Assembly: GCA_052426225.1 (NCBI GenBank)
Contig: JBNJNM010000013.1
Coordinates: forward strand, 1 to 64,000
Length of the DNA stretch: 64,000 nucleotides
DNA from: Zancudomyces culisetae HAW-14-8
Taxonomy: Eukaryota > Fungi > Kickxellomycota
Direction: 5' to 3'
The position numbers and the translations under genes were made by a program. Position 1 is the first letter of the stretch. Each line of letters opens with the position of its first letter. Under the pieces are notes generated by a model. That model was given only the letters and a program-made list of their open reading frames with translations, ran no database searches and had not been told where the DNA came from. Below are positions 49,966-62,856 of the stretch, piece after piece.

Positions 49966-51817
49966 GTTTTTTTACTTCAAATATATCCTTTGATAAATCC
50001 TATTATTCTTATACACATCTACATTTCACATAAATAATTTTTCCTCTAAGAATCTCAATGATACCCATAAATAATTATGAAAATACCTTTAAAAAGCTAA
50101 TAGATGTCCGGCTTTGCCAACACGCCTAACTTTTCTTCATTCTTATACGCTATTGTTTTTTGGAAATGATTAAATATGCATTTTAGAGTTCTGATTCCAT
50201 TGAATTTCGTACTCATACATTTGAGATCTTTAACCAATTTATAAAGTCGATCTCAAATATAATATATCTAATATTTCATTACTCTTCATAAATGAGTATA
50301 CCACATTGCAAACACGCAATCAACTTGGAAATATTATTACATTAAAAATATATGGGTCAATATTCATAAAGTACCAGCATTTTACTCAATAAAATAAAAG
50401 TACTTTCTGTACATAAACTCACTATTCCATCTTTTCATATAATATTTATTTTTACAGTTTCCTTAATACGTTTTCAATCGATATACCCTTTATGATCATT
50501 TCATTATACATCTTGTATTCTAATGTGTTTTATTTTACCTTTCTGGAATGGATATCTTTACTTTGGATTCATATCGTGACTTTTGTATTTTTCTCTATTT
50601 TCTATTGGAATTAAATTATTCCTATTATCACTAGTTGATAATTGTTATATCAGTCGAATTTAAGCTTCGGATTTCTCAAATAAATAAACATAACTTTTAC
50701 ATGCAAAACTAATATTAAGCTAGTTCAAACATAGCTGGTTTACTCAAAATATACGTCATAGCTTTTTTGTATAGCTTTTTTTTCTCACAGTCACAGGTCA
50801 TGGATATAACAACTTGAATAATCCTTTATTCTAATTTCCTAGTCTAGTCTCAATATAAGAACATCCACCAAGTACTCAAATAGAAATAATTTGATAATAT
50901 TGCCATTACTTGAACCCAGGCATTTAACAACAAATAAATACCCCCTAAATCGATTCTTTTAATTAGAGGGTAATTTATTGATATTCTGGGCCGAGACAGA
51001 AAAATTGATCTACTATCCAAGTAAAGTACATACTATGTTGTTTGCAAATCAGTAAATATTTTGAGCGTATCTAGGTAAATATTTTTTGGTTTTTTCAATG
51101 TGCGAATATCTTATAACACATATATTGCCTATTTCAAACTAATTGGATTTTGTACCAGGTCAAGCACATTTTTCCATACCTTTTCAAGTTCGAGATATTG
51201 AAAAAATAAACAAATGGGATCACCTTAGCAAAAAATGCAAATTGTGGGTGGTATTGTAATGAACTTTGGAGTATGTAGTGACAAGAGCGAATGTTAATTT
51301 AAAAAAATGTAATAAATAAAATATGAATACAAACTATATTGTTGTTATAGCTGGGATAAATGGCCAAAAAAAAAAGACAAAACTAGTTTTATACTTTTTC
51401 TAGGGCCAACAAGCCAACAATATCTTAAAAAGTATGCAACATTGTTATTAAAGAATCTTTCGCGATGATCAATATGTTTAGTTTAATATTGCTACTGCTT
51501 ATCACTTTTTATCTCGAATAAATTAATTAATATTTGTGTAACTCAAAAAAGCATGAGCCTAGGCACTTGTAAAATAAACATTGATAGCTGTTTAGACTAC
51601 TATTATTTAAAGAATAACAAAAACAAAGTTAATATTAAGGCCAGAATATTAATACTAGTGGATGAACATACTTTGGTATTAATATGTTTTCTAGTAGCCT
51701 CTTCAGTTGTGAAAGTATATAAACCACAAAAATTTTCAAGATTTCTAAAAGTCCATATCGCATCCCTTTAAGGCTATACAATCTAAATTAGAACAAAATC
51801 AAGAAAACCTCCCAAAA

Positions 51818-52267
51818 ATGATCAAGTCAGCAGTCCTAACCGCTCTGGTACTTAGCTCAACATTTGCTTACAGTGTACAGGATTCACAGAATGCACAGAA
51901 TGCACAGAATGCACAGAATCAAGGTGTACAAGGGTCAGGCAAAAGCAGTGTCAATGAGTCCAAGTTTAATGAGATGCGTCCCAAAAAAAGAAGGATGCAA
52001 ATGATCCTATTTCGCTCTACCAAGTTTAGACTACCACAAGGCACTTTCTATGCCAGACCAAACAAATGCTATTCGGCGTCTCAGTTTAGAGGCGTGAGAA
52101 TGGGTAATGTGCGTGGAAAGAAAGGTGTTGTGATGTTTTGCACTCTGCCTAATTGTATGGGCAGATGTCATGTAGTATCTAGAAGAATTACAAGTCAGAT
52201 TAGTGACTTTTCTTATCAAATCAGAGGTTATGCGACATCTTACGCTTGGATTTCTCCATATTTTTAA
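51818..52267 (+). CDS. Small secreted, cationic 4-Cys beta/gamma-crystallin-like protein, paralogue E (149 aa)
   Basis: Signal peptide, (QNA)3 propeptide, KKRR, ILFRSTKF, KCYS, CTLPNCMGRC, SYAW; TATATAAA at 51716. Confidence 0.9.
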   Translation: MIKSAVLTALVLSSTFAYSVQDSQNAQNAQNAQNQGVQGSGKSSVNESKFNEMRPKKRRMQMILFRSTKFRLPQGTFYARPNKCYSASQFRGVRMGNVRGKKGVVMFCTLPNCMGRCHVVSRRITSQISDFSYQIRGYATSYAWISPYF

Positions 52268-52773
52268 ATAGCAAACTCATTATTACTTATCAATTTTCTG
52301 ACTATAGAGCTATTTAGAATAGTTGGTAAATATAAAACATTACATACATCAATTTTTCAAATAAATTCGAGGTGGTCAACCTAAACCCAGTACCATATTA
52401 ATGCCAATGAGATATGTCTGAAACAACTACACTTACTAATTGCAAATAATAACCATTAAAGTTATATATTTTTCATGATTATAATGCAAATTTTAATTGC
52501 AATGGCTAATAACCAAATCTAGATTCATACCTCACCCATATCCGAGACCAGCTTTGAATAGGTTTATTTGGGTTGTTTGCACACAATTTACAAAACCACA
52601 CCCACTTCACTAGACGAGGTGCACATAGGCCCAGCAATTAAAAAATAAAAAAGACCATCCAAGATGAACGCATTTACAAATAAACTTTGTTTATCAAAAA
52701 TCACCCTAAAGAAACTATACTAAAAGCAACGCTAGACTAACTAAAAATAAAAGAATTACAAGAAGTGAGCAAC

Positions 52774-53805
52774 TTAGTTTTCGAGAACAACTCTATATCT
52801 GACCTTTCCATCTCTAACTCTTTGAACACCTTCGTTACAAGAGCTCATTGGGAGCCTTTCGATCACTGGTCGAATGTTGTGTTCGGCTGAAAACTCCAGT
52901 GTTTTCTTAATGGAATCTACACCACCGATAAGTGATCCACCGAGATATACTTCATAGGAAATAAACAGGAATGGTTTCAATACCAAATCCGCAGCTGGTA
53001 CTGCCAACAGGCAAATTTTTCCTCCAAAGTCAACCCATGAAAAGAATGTTGCATAGTCGTTAGAGCTGGAGTTTGAGGTTACAAATAGATAATCCAAGGA
53101 TTTCACACAGCTTTTGGATTCATCTTCATTCTTTGTAATCACAAACTTGTGAGCACCAAGCTTCATGCTCTCCTCCTTCTTGTTTGGCGAGTGTGAGAAT
53201 GCAGTTACCTCACATCCCAAAGCACTGGCATATTGGATTGCCAAATGGCCGAGACCTCCAATTCCCACAACACCGACACGGTCTCCCTTCTTCAATCCAA
53301 ACTTAAGCATTGGTGTGAACACGGTCGCACCAGCACACATCAGTGGGGCAGCCTCAGCGGAGCTTATCTTTTCTGGAATCTTGAATGCATAGTTTGCGTC
53401 AACTCTTACAGCTTCAGAATATCCACCATATGAACTTGCTCCGTCAGCGTAGACACCATTGTATGTGAAGACACTCTCAGGACAATGAGGGTCCAACTCC
53501 CTTGAACATGCTGTACAATCTGATTTGAGACAGGCAGCCACCTGAGCTCCTACACCGACTCTGTCACCAACCTGAAGGTTGGTTACTGCATCGCCCTTTG
53601 AAACCACGGTTCCTATGATCTCATGGCCTACTACTACTGGATACTTGGTCGGTCCCCAATCAGAATCCATGGTGTGGATATCTGAACCACAAATTCCACA
53701 ACAAATAACCTTGAGCTCTACATCATTTGGTCCCAATGGTCTTGGCTCATAGCTCCATTCGTGCAATGTACCTTTTGGTTCGTCACATGCCCAGGCCTTA
53801 AACAT
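52774..53805 (-). CDS. NADP-dependent zinc alcohol dehydrogenase (cinnamyl alcohol dehydrogenase / Adh6-like), 343 aa
   Basis: CGICGSD, GHE, structural Zn cysteines, GIGGLG, RYRVVL. Confidence 0.96.
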   Translation of the reverse strand: MFKAWACDEPKGTLHEWSYEPRPLGPNDVELKVICCGICGSDIHTMDSDWGPTKYPVVVGHEIIGTVVSKGDAVTNLQVGDRVGVGAQVAACLKSDCTACSRELDPHCPESVFTYNGVYADGASSYGGYSEAVRVDANYAFKIPEKISSAEAAPLMCAGATVFTPMLKFGLKKGDRVGVVGIGGLGHLAIQYASALGCEVTAFSHSPNKKEESMKLGAHKFVITKNEDESKSCVKSLDYLFVTSNSSSNDYATFFSWVDFGGKICLLAVPAADLVLKPFLFISYEVYLGGSLIGGVDSIKKTLEFSAEHNIRPVIERLPMSSCNEGVQRVRDGKVRYRVVLEN

Positions 53806-55220
53806 CTTTGCTATTTTTATCTTGTAATTCTTATAAAAGCGTCCTAATAAACGACCCTAGTAGAAAAGAAAATTGGGTTCTTGATTCCAAGAGTTACCCT
53901 TTTATACACTTTTTTTTAGCCTAGTTTTCTTGGTGTGTATTACTAATATGATTTTACTGTGCTGCAAATGCCGAAATATATATTTTTTTCCAATCCCGAT
54001 TTTTTAAAACCTTGCCAAATGAAGTTGCGATTGATCAAATAAAAAAATATTCTCATGGATGTTATTGCAAATACGATACAGGTAGAATAGCTGAACCTAT
54101 TGGATTGCTCAATTACTCTATTCACTCCACTAAAATAACCACACCACTTACCTAACAAGATATACATGTGGTTAAAACGATTTACGCACGAAAACGTGCT
54201 GATTTGCTGTACCAGTCTAACCAACATGCTATTTTGTTGTAGCGCTTTAATCAAAGCACTATTTCGCTTGCTAAATTGCAAACCATTATATGCAAAAGTC
54301 TTCAAATTGCATAACTATTTGTATTTCTTTTGCTTTTTTTTTTTAGGAACGTTCTAGAAATATATGATTTGTAATCACAAAATTTTCCCATGTAAAGCCG
54401 CACTTTGTTTAATGCCACACTTGTATTTCTTTACATTAATAAATTAAATTGGAGAAATACAGAGGTTCGGTTTTCTTAATCCGTTTAGCTAAATGGGATA
54501 AATAACAAAATGCAATTTAACCATCCAAACAGATCGTGCCAAAGTCTTGCTATACGACAAGTAGGTGGTGATTTCAAAAGCTCTAGTATAAAAATCACTT
54601 ATGGTTAAGTATGGACATCAATCCATCAGTTCACCAATTCAAGGCTAATTTGTTTGTTCGGTTCGCTGTCCCAATGACACCTCCTTCGCTATTTGGGGTT
54701 TTCTGAAAACAGCTTTAAGACATGATTTTTATTTTTATCAAAATATAAAGAATAAAAAAAACGTGTATATAAAGAATGGTGACAATATCTGCTCTTGACA
54801 GAACAACTATTTATTACAAAACATTTTATAATGTCACTCATTCCGAAATACCAAACCCGGAAGCTGTTCCACATCACCTATTACCAATATACATTGAGCC
54901 CCTACGAGTAAAAATAACACTACCAATAATATTACATGCTACTCGTGCTTGAACACCAACATCACCCCTCCCCCACATACGCTCTCCTATTTTTTCATGT
55001 AATTCTGAAAACACATATTACATCTACGACGCCTAGATTTAGCTCATTTTATGGGTTAAAATCTAGTGTACTATTCTTCTGTCCTTTTAGAGAATAACCA
55101 AATTTTAGGTTAATTTGACCTCGATTACTCCTTTTCTTTACGTTATCATTTTTAATATTCCTAAATAGCAAAAGTTAACCATTACTAAAGTTAAAAGTGG
55201 GCAGGCTATCTAATGAAAAC

Positions 55221-58105
55221 TTAGCCTTCATAGGCATTTGATTTATGTTTGGGGATAAAAGTGAAGTCGGGAGGTGCAGGACCCAAAAACATTTCAGAAA
55301 TCTTAATCCAATCATTAACATTTGAACTTGCCATCAATGTCTCAAGCTCATCTCTTCCTTTAAATAGAGGAGGTCTTTGGTTGATTTTTGCAGGTAGGAC
55401 CTCAAGTAAACCGACCGGGACGTATCTGTGCAAGAAAGACTGCCATTCACACAAATACCTGCGCGTAAACTGTACCCCCTATTTATTCGTTAATTTTTGT
55501 AGTCGTAACTCATAAGTGATAATGGAATGTTTAAGCTATTGCTTTATGACAACATTAAAAACACACTTACAAAATCATCAGAGCCCCAATGGTCGAGACC
55601 ATAATCACAAAACTTCTTTAAAATGTCCAATCTTTCCCGCGATGAAATATCCCACACTTTTTTCTCGGCTATTTCCTTAAATATCCATGGTTTGATCAAT
55701 GCACCCCTATTAAGAATTATATCACAATTAATGATGTTTTACCACTTTTTAAATAATATTTACCATTAATCAAACACCCTAATACGGCGACCTAAGGACT
55801 ATAAATTCGAATATAGGCAATTACCTTCCAATCATTACACCATCAATTTTTTCATTTTCCATATGAGCCCAATAATCCTCCCATGAAAACACATCTCCGT
55901 TTCCTATTTTTTTTTTTTGGTAAACCGCTATACTTAATCCAAGAACCTGTAACTCTTGAAATTAACGTTTGTACACACAACCCGTCTTACTCAAAAAAAA
56001 AGAGAAATATACGTAGTCTCAGAACCTCAGAGTATAGTAGTGAAGATACATGGTAAATATAAAGCTTACCAAAGACCGGCATTGTTGTGGTTGAATCTTT
56101 GCATGACTTTATGTAGTTCCAATCTGCCAGTTTTGAATATCTTTGTAACCTTGTTCTCCCATGCACCTAGATACAGTTAGATAACTAACATTAATTCCAA
56201 TATAAACTTGTATTTAATCACAGGAAAATCGTATACTCCAGTGCTGACACATTAACCAGTATAAATGGCACAAAGAATTTTATCGTTTATACCAACTTAC
56301 TGTTCCTAGCATTACGGAGCTTTCTGCTAGTTTTTTTGTAACATCGGTGGCAATGAGATTTTTGTGACTAATCCCCATTCGATATTTCACGGATATTGGA
56401 ACATTGGAAACCAAACCCATCCCGCGTACTATTGGATATAGTTTATTAACATTTCTAAACATCCCACTACCACACCCCTTTTCGTAAATCGAATCAATTG
56501 GACACCCAACATTAAGATCGATAAAGTCAATGTCAGTCTCATTACACAGAAGCTCTGTGGTTCGCACAATCGAATCAAAATCTTTTCCACATATTTGAAC
56601 TCCAAAGATATCTTCACTAATATGCCTTTTGACTATCGACCATTCAGGATTATTTCCTGCCAAAAGATTATTACACAAAGCCATCTCAGAACATGTTATA
56701 TCTACACCAAAATCTTTACAGATCCTTCTAAACGGTAGGTTCCCAACAGTTGTCAGGGGTGCCAAAAATGTCTTTCCTCTAAAATCAACTGATTTTTTTT
56801 TCATTTCAGGTTCACCTAATGCTCCAAGTTTATCAACTACAGAATCAGATTTGGCCTTTTTCACATCCCAGACCAATACTTCCTCTTCCTTTCTTTTGAC
56901 ACCTATTTTACTAGAATCCGAACAGTTTTCTCCCTCTGATACTTTCTGGTTTCTTTCATTAAATATTATTGATTTTGCGGCTTCTGTTCTAGGATATTCA
57001 TACTATCAATCAAAATAGCCATAATTAGTATTATTTACTAACTGTAGTAACAAATTAAACCATATACTAGCATCTTTTTTGCACCTTTTTTTCCCTGATC
57101 TTTTTTCTCAGCTCAAAATCAAACGGGTTTTTCTCGTCATTCTCACTGCTTAAATACTTTGCTTCACTAAACGATTTAGCATCAACGCGCTGGCTCCCAT
57201 CCTCCGTGGTGTGTATCGATCCAAATCGACACTTTACGCCAAATCTACATCTATTTCAACAAAACCCCCATATTTTAATCTGTAGCTCAAGTTCATTAAA
57301 ATAAGATAAATTGCAAAGTATAAAGTTTCCACTAACTTTCCATGTGCAGCGAATATTGGACATTCTGTAGAAATATCCTCTGGTTTATTATCAAGATAGC
57401 CCTTCACGTTATGACTATACTTGCATCTATTTAATATGAAATAGTATATTTGTAAATTTATATAATATATGAGCCTATAGCTCAAGTAAAAGGGGGGGGG
57501 GGGGGTGGGGGAAGTGGACAAGCACATTATTTTTTATATTTGAAGCTTACTCTTCTCCTCTAGCACATTCTCTCCCTAGTATTGTATCTTTGCACAGCTA
57601 TTTAAGAAGTTATAAAGCATATTATACAATTGACTGAGATATTTTCAAAATACAAAAATAAAAATAATGAAAAAAAATGCACAAAGCTTTGTTGTTACCT
57701 TATCAGATTCAGGTATTCTTTTTATTTTCATTTTCTTGTCTCTATCTTTGTTTTGGCCTCGCTTTTTTCGATCCTTGTACTCATTTTCGAGCTAAAAAAA
57801 CAGATATATTACTGTGTCAACAGTGCGAATTTCAATTAAAGCATTTCAAAGTGTAAATACCTCTCCATGTTGTTCAGCGCCGCTTTTCTCAATCAAAAAT
57901 CTATACCATTTAAAATGTAAATATTAATGATTGCAGAATTCTAAATTGAAATTACCATCACAACGTTACATTCATTAAATATTGTTTGAGTTACAAAATA
58001 AATGATTGCTTACTCTTTTTTAATTGGTGCCACACCACTGAATTCGGTTTTATTCCCGTATATCTCTTCGTCATCTCTGTTATCTTCTGTTTCTCTGGTT
58101 CTCAT
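55221..58105 (-). CDS. DUS3: tRNA-dihydrouridine(47) synthase, multi-exon
   Basis: GVAPIKKE first exon, CCCH fingers (CKYSH, CPIF), [57 protein letters not shown]; GT-AG introns. Confidence 0.95.
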
Positions 58106-58636
58106 TTTATTCCCAGCAATTTTCTCTTTGATTCTCAAAGCTTTTAGGCCTTTTATTTAGAATTTTCTTTTCTCAATAACTGTGATCGCAAAGCGTTACC
58201 AAAAAGTATTTTTCGCTTTTTTGATTTTTTTTGAATAATTAAACGATTTTAAGATGTTTATTTTACCTTACTGACAAATTTTTCAATTCACAAAAATATC
58301 CTACCAAATCTAAAGTAAAAAATATAAACATTATACTCTGTAAAACAAAAGTGGCTTTAGCACATTACTTGATCCTGGATTCAGGTATTCAATACCAATT
58401 CTTCCCTCTCACTTTTTCCACTTTTTTCTTCCCCTTCCCCCATCAGGTTGAGTATATTTTATCATTTTGCTCTACTTTATAACTAGTCTAGTTGTTTATT
58501 TCCAATTTTGTTTCTTCATATGAGGTAAATGGAGTCTATCAACTAAAACCAATCACAAAGAAAATACAAAACGCTAGTAATCTAATATTTCCTTGAAAAT
58601 AATATAATCATAAAACAAAAGGCTGTATAAGATAAA

Positions 58637-59497
58637 CTAGGAATTTCCTGGTGGTGAAACACCTATAGCACCATCTTTAGCTACTCCGCGGTCTTGACTA
58701 GGAATCGGATATAGCACTTCGTACTGAAACTCCTCGCCCTCAGGATAGCTTTCCAGCCCAGAAAAGCCGGTCAATGCTTCCTCTACCCTCTCGTCCACAC
58801 TCAACTTTGATTTTCCTGAACGTAGCTCGGCTGCTACAATTGCTTTTGCTGCAGCAATGCCCTGTGCCTTAATAGCTGCAGCTTGAGCTTGCGCGGCTAC
58901 AGCTGCCTTAAGATTGTTTGGTTGGCCACACTCACATTTTTGAGTATCTTCATTCTGGTTATCCTGTGCATCATTGAGGTTATGTTCCGAGCTTTGCTCT
59001 AAATCCTGGACATTCTTTGCTGAACCTTCTTGTCCACTTTCAGATTGTTTGTGGTCTGTATTATCACTAGAATTTTTACTCCTATCCACATCTACATATT
59101 GTTTTTGTGAGCCCGATTTGTTATCATTTACTTTTATATTGTTCATTAACGAGTATTCAGCATCGCTATCCGATCCAAACTCATAAATATCCTCAATGAA
59201 ATTGTCAAAATTGTTGTACTGCAGGTTTCCCGCGTGAATTATATCACCAACATGTTTGAGAGCACCACCTTGGTCATCCTTTTGTAGAGTGTTTTGCTGG
59301 TTATCAATCATCAACTCTTGGTTCATGCTATTTTCCTTGATAGAATTATTGGTGTCATATCCATACAAATACTTCTTTTCTGGGTATAACACTTTACCAA
59401 GTTCAAAAATGTTATAACCTTCAAGAGGGGACGCAAGTATTTGTATACCAAGCTGAACCAACGGTAGCATGGTAGAGATTCTGAAGCTTACCTTCAT
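58637..59497 (-). CDS. Hypothetical, probably secreted acidic/polar protein with an Ala-rich helix (286 aa)
   Basis: Long intact ORF in AT-rich DNA, AAAATG start, signal-like N-terminus ending ILA-SP. Confidence 0.75.
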   Translation of the reverse strand: MKVSFRISTMLPLVQLGIQILASPLEGYNIFELGKVLYPEKKYLYGYDTNNSIKENSMNQELMIDNQQNTLQKDDQGGALKHVGDIIHAGNLQYNNFDNFIEDIYEFGSDSDAEYSLMNNIKVNDNKSGSQKQYVDVDRSKNSSDNTDHKQSESGQEGSAKNVQDLEQSSEHNLNDAQDNQNEDTQKCECGQPNNLKAAVAAQAQAAAIKAQGIAAAKAIVAAELRSGKSKLSVDERVEEALTGFSGLESYPEGEEFQYEVLYPIPSQDRGVAKDGAIGVSPPGNS

Positions 59498-60774
59498 TTT
59501 TATTATTCTTTTCTCTTGTTTTCTTAACTATATAATTTTTTTTTTCTAAATAATAAACTTTATTTGCAGTTGAGGTTGCTAATAAAATTACGGATTTATG
59601 GATAGCAAGTCTCTTATTTATATACTCCAGCGTTGTACATTGAGAAAGTTCCAGTACAAGTTTAAAATTATTATATTTTGACCCAAAACGTGAAGCTCAC
59701 TTTCAGTTTGGCCATCAAATGCAGGCTTTTTTTTTTGTATACAAGCAAGGAAATGTGTGTTAGGAGAGAGCTGTAATAAAGCAAATGCTGGAATTTGCAA
59801 GTCATTAACAAGAAATTTAATATGCCCATTCGCAAATGATATCTCAGGCATTTAGAATTGTAGATCGAGTTAAATTTTAGTTCCTGGAGGCTAGCCCCTT
59901 GCAAATACATTTGCGACTATTTCAGTTATAAACCAATTAACTATGTTCTGGTGCCTAGCAAATAAATTCAAAAATGGCAATGTTCCGGACTTAAGCTACC
60001 AGCACAAATACTTTCGGAAGCCTTCAGCGAATTGAAAAAAGAGTAATGAGAAGGGACATATTGGTATTAAGCAATAGCTATGTGGTATTGAGCATTAAAT
60101 GAAACCTCGGCATAGGCATATAAACTAGTATTGTACTAGACTTCAAGAAAATATAGTGCTATTATTGTTTAGAGCTTTTACACCGCTCAACTAGCTAAAT
60201 CGAGAAATGGGCTTTGTAAGCAAGTCTTGTGGTCTGCTGATTTAAAATTTTATGGCAATAATTAATCTCATAGTAATATCCTCCTTGTCTGAAAGTAAAA
60301 AAAAAATACCAGTTAAAATTATCGGACTATGGGGAAACGAGGTGTGCTTCTACTACCCACAATACGATATCAGGCTAAAAGTATATTTATTCACGCAGTC
60401 CACGGCAATATCTAATGCGCAATACTGTACTCTAAAACGTCAACTCGCAGTTTATGATGCATTGATATATCCACAACAAAACGAATGGCAACAAAGGGAT
60501 CGTGTGCAATATTGGCGCCATCACATTCACACTCGAAGGTACAAACACTTGCGTTTTTATACTTTAGTTTTCATGAACAAGCCCCTTGATTTGGATCATC
60601 TGGATTTTCGTAAAATGTGGTTCTTATAAAAGGACTGGGAGTACATTATCACTTTTTTTATTATAGCATTGAACTAATTTACCATAATAGTGCGTTAAAG
60701 ATAAAAACTATTGTGGAAAAACTAAAAAGTTGAGGGAGGGAGTATTTTTCACATGAAAAAGGCTACCGCGACCT

Positions 60775-61954
60775 TTATTGTTGAGGTTGTGTTTGCGGAG
60801 CTTGGCCAAACCGAGAGATAAAATCGCAGGCCATTACATACGCCCTTGTTACACTTGGTGGTATTGAAGGCGATGCATTTCCCGGAAGCAAATACTTGTC
60901 TAAAAACGCCTTAACATTTGTGAATGCGGTTCTTGTTGAGGGGCTGGTAACGTATCTGATTCTGAGGAACTGGAAATAGAAAATAGGAACCAGCAAGGAT
61001 ATTCTGAAAAGCAAGGCAAAAAATACACACCATGGCATAACAACAGCAACCTCCCAGGTGCATACAAAGCTTAACACTCTTGAATAATAGGCGCTGACAA
61101 AAGTGCTGATGAACTGGCTGGCCTTTGCGGTGGTTGAAAGAGAAACACTACTTCCTGCGCGTCTGTATGCTTCCAATTCGGTAGAGATATTTGGATTGAG
61201 TATGGGAAGTATAGTTTGTCTTGTGTAGCCCAATGTGTGAAACATTGAATAGACAGTGAATGGCAATAATGTAACTATAAGGTATAAATATGAAGTATTT
61301 GGCAGGTTAAATGAAAGTTCAGAGTAATGATCACGCCCATATCTAGTATTACTCTCTACAAAACCAAGTAAAAAAAAACGCTAAAATAATGGTAGAGGTA
61401 GTGCGAAATTTACCAAGAATTGATGGTCTTAGATAAAATGTAGTTGCCAGAACCGAGTATTGAACATTCTCATCTGCCATAATTCTTTGCAAAAATTGCA
61501 GGTTGAATTGTGGCGCCTATTAATTCAGAGTAACAATACAGTCAACAACAAAAAAAAAACAACAATTGCAGTAGTGCAGGAAAAGAGCGTGTGTGTGTGT
61601 GTATGATTGTAGAACAAAATATTATATTTTATTCTTTTTGCTTACCCCGTAAGTTTTATAAATGGAGATTCCATAGCTAATCATCGAGCCAAGAAGTGCT
61701 CTGTGATAGTGTTTACTGGCGGAGCTGGGATCCAACAGGGCCTTGAGATGAAATATGGTTCCAAACACAAATGTAGCGACGTGGCCTAACCACCAGTAGA
61801 ATTGAGGTCCCTATTCACATTAATGAAGATTTCTATAGTACTAGAAAAGATTATAGCAAAACAGCCCGCACAATCACTAAAATAGGCAATTTACCTTTGA
61901 AAGCTCAATAAATCTAGCCTTGATCTCATCTCGCGGTGTTCTATTTGCGCTCAT
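60775..61954 (-). CDS. POM33: TMEM33/Pom33/Tts1-family membrane protein; exons 61954-61895, 61810-61646, 61516-61414, 61274-60775
   Basis: QFYWWLGH, SYGISIYK, DENVQY, LLPFTVYSMFH, FLRIRY motifs; all four exons join in frame over GT-AG introns. Confidence 0.93.
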
Positions 61955-62856
61955 CTTGTAGTACTGGTTGCAAATGCTTGAAAGATTAAATACTCTTTTT
62001 ATTTTAGATATTGTTTCTATCTTCAAGCTATTCCTATGGTTGAAGGATTAATGAATTAAAAAAGTGCCAGGATTATATTTTGGAATAAATACTTTTTTTC
62101 TGCGAATTTTTTGCGTTGGTTTGCATTGATTTGCAAATCCTGCGATCATTAAAGCAATTGTTATATTTGTGCTAATTTTTCTATTGCGGGCTTGTTTGAA
62201 ATATATGTCAATAAAGGACTGGTAGTCAAATCGTGAGGTGGAAGATATTTTCAATTTTGTTGTACATGCTGGAATTTTCAATATGTGGAAGTGGATAAAA
62301 AACCGATTATTCTCGGGTAATTATAAAAACTCACCAAAAGTTCTAAGAAAAGTCAAAAGGAGAAACGGCTCCGATTGTGCTTGTATTTCTCTTAAGTTCT
62401 TGAGAACAAAATCCTCGGCCTTTAGTTTTTGTGATATTGGCAAATACCTGTACTTTATTGCCAAGCGCACACTCGTTAATGCCACCATTACCATCTTCCT
62501 TGTACTTTCCTTGTGTTTCCATTTAAATTAAACTATCTATTATAGCCTTGAGATGGATGGATACCAATTTTAAAAGTTAATTACATGTGGAAGGCACGCC
62601 ATAATTTGACTTGCCTTTCTCCTGGTCTCAGCTAGCAAAATTAGATATTTGGCATTGGGTATTCGTCCAAGTTAAAGCTACTTTCTTGCTGATTACAATT
62701 TAATCAATTTCCATGTCAAGTTACAACTTTAATATTATAAAAAATTTTCATGCCAATTATCAGTTTTTAAAAGCAAATCTCACTCAAACAATAAAGAAAA
62801 TACTGTAGAGTTATCCTAACAAGTAATACACATATAAATACATATAAACAACTATT

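Noticed and set aside
53943-54877. Short ORFs between ADH and DUS3, and similar 60-125 aa ORFs at 59618-60629 and 62048-62531
   Set aside because: Intergenic AT-rich composition, no motifs; the expected number of chance ORFs.
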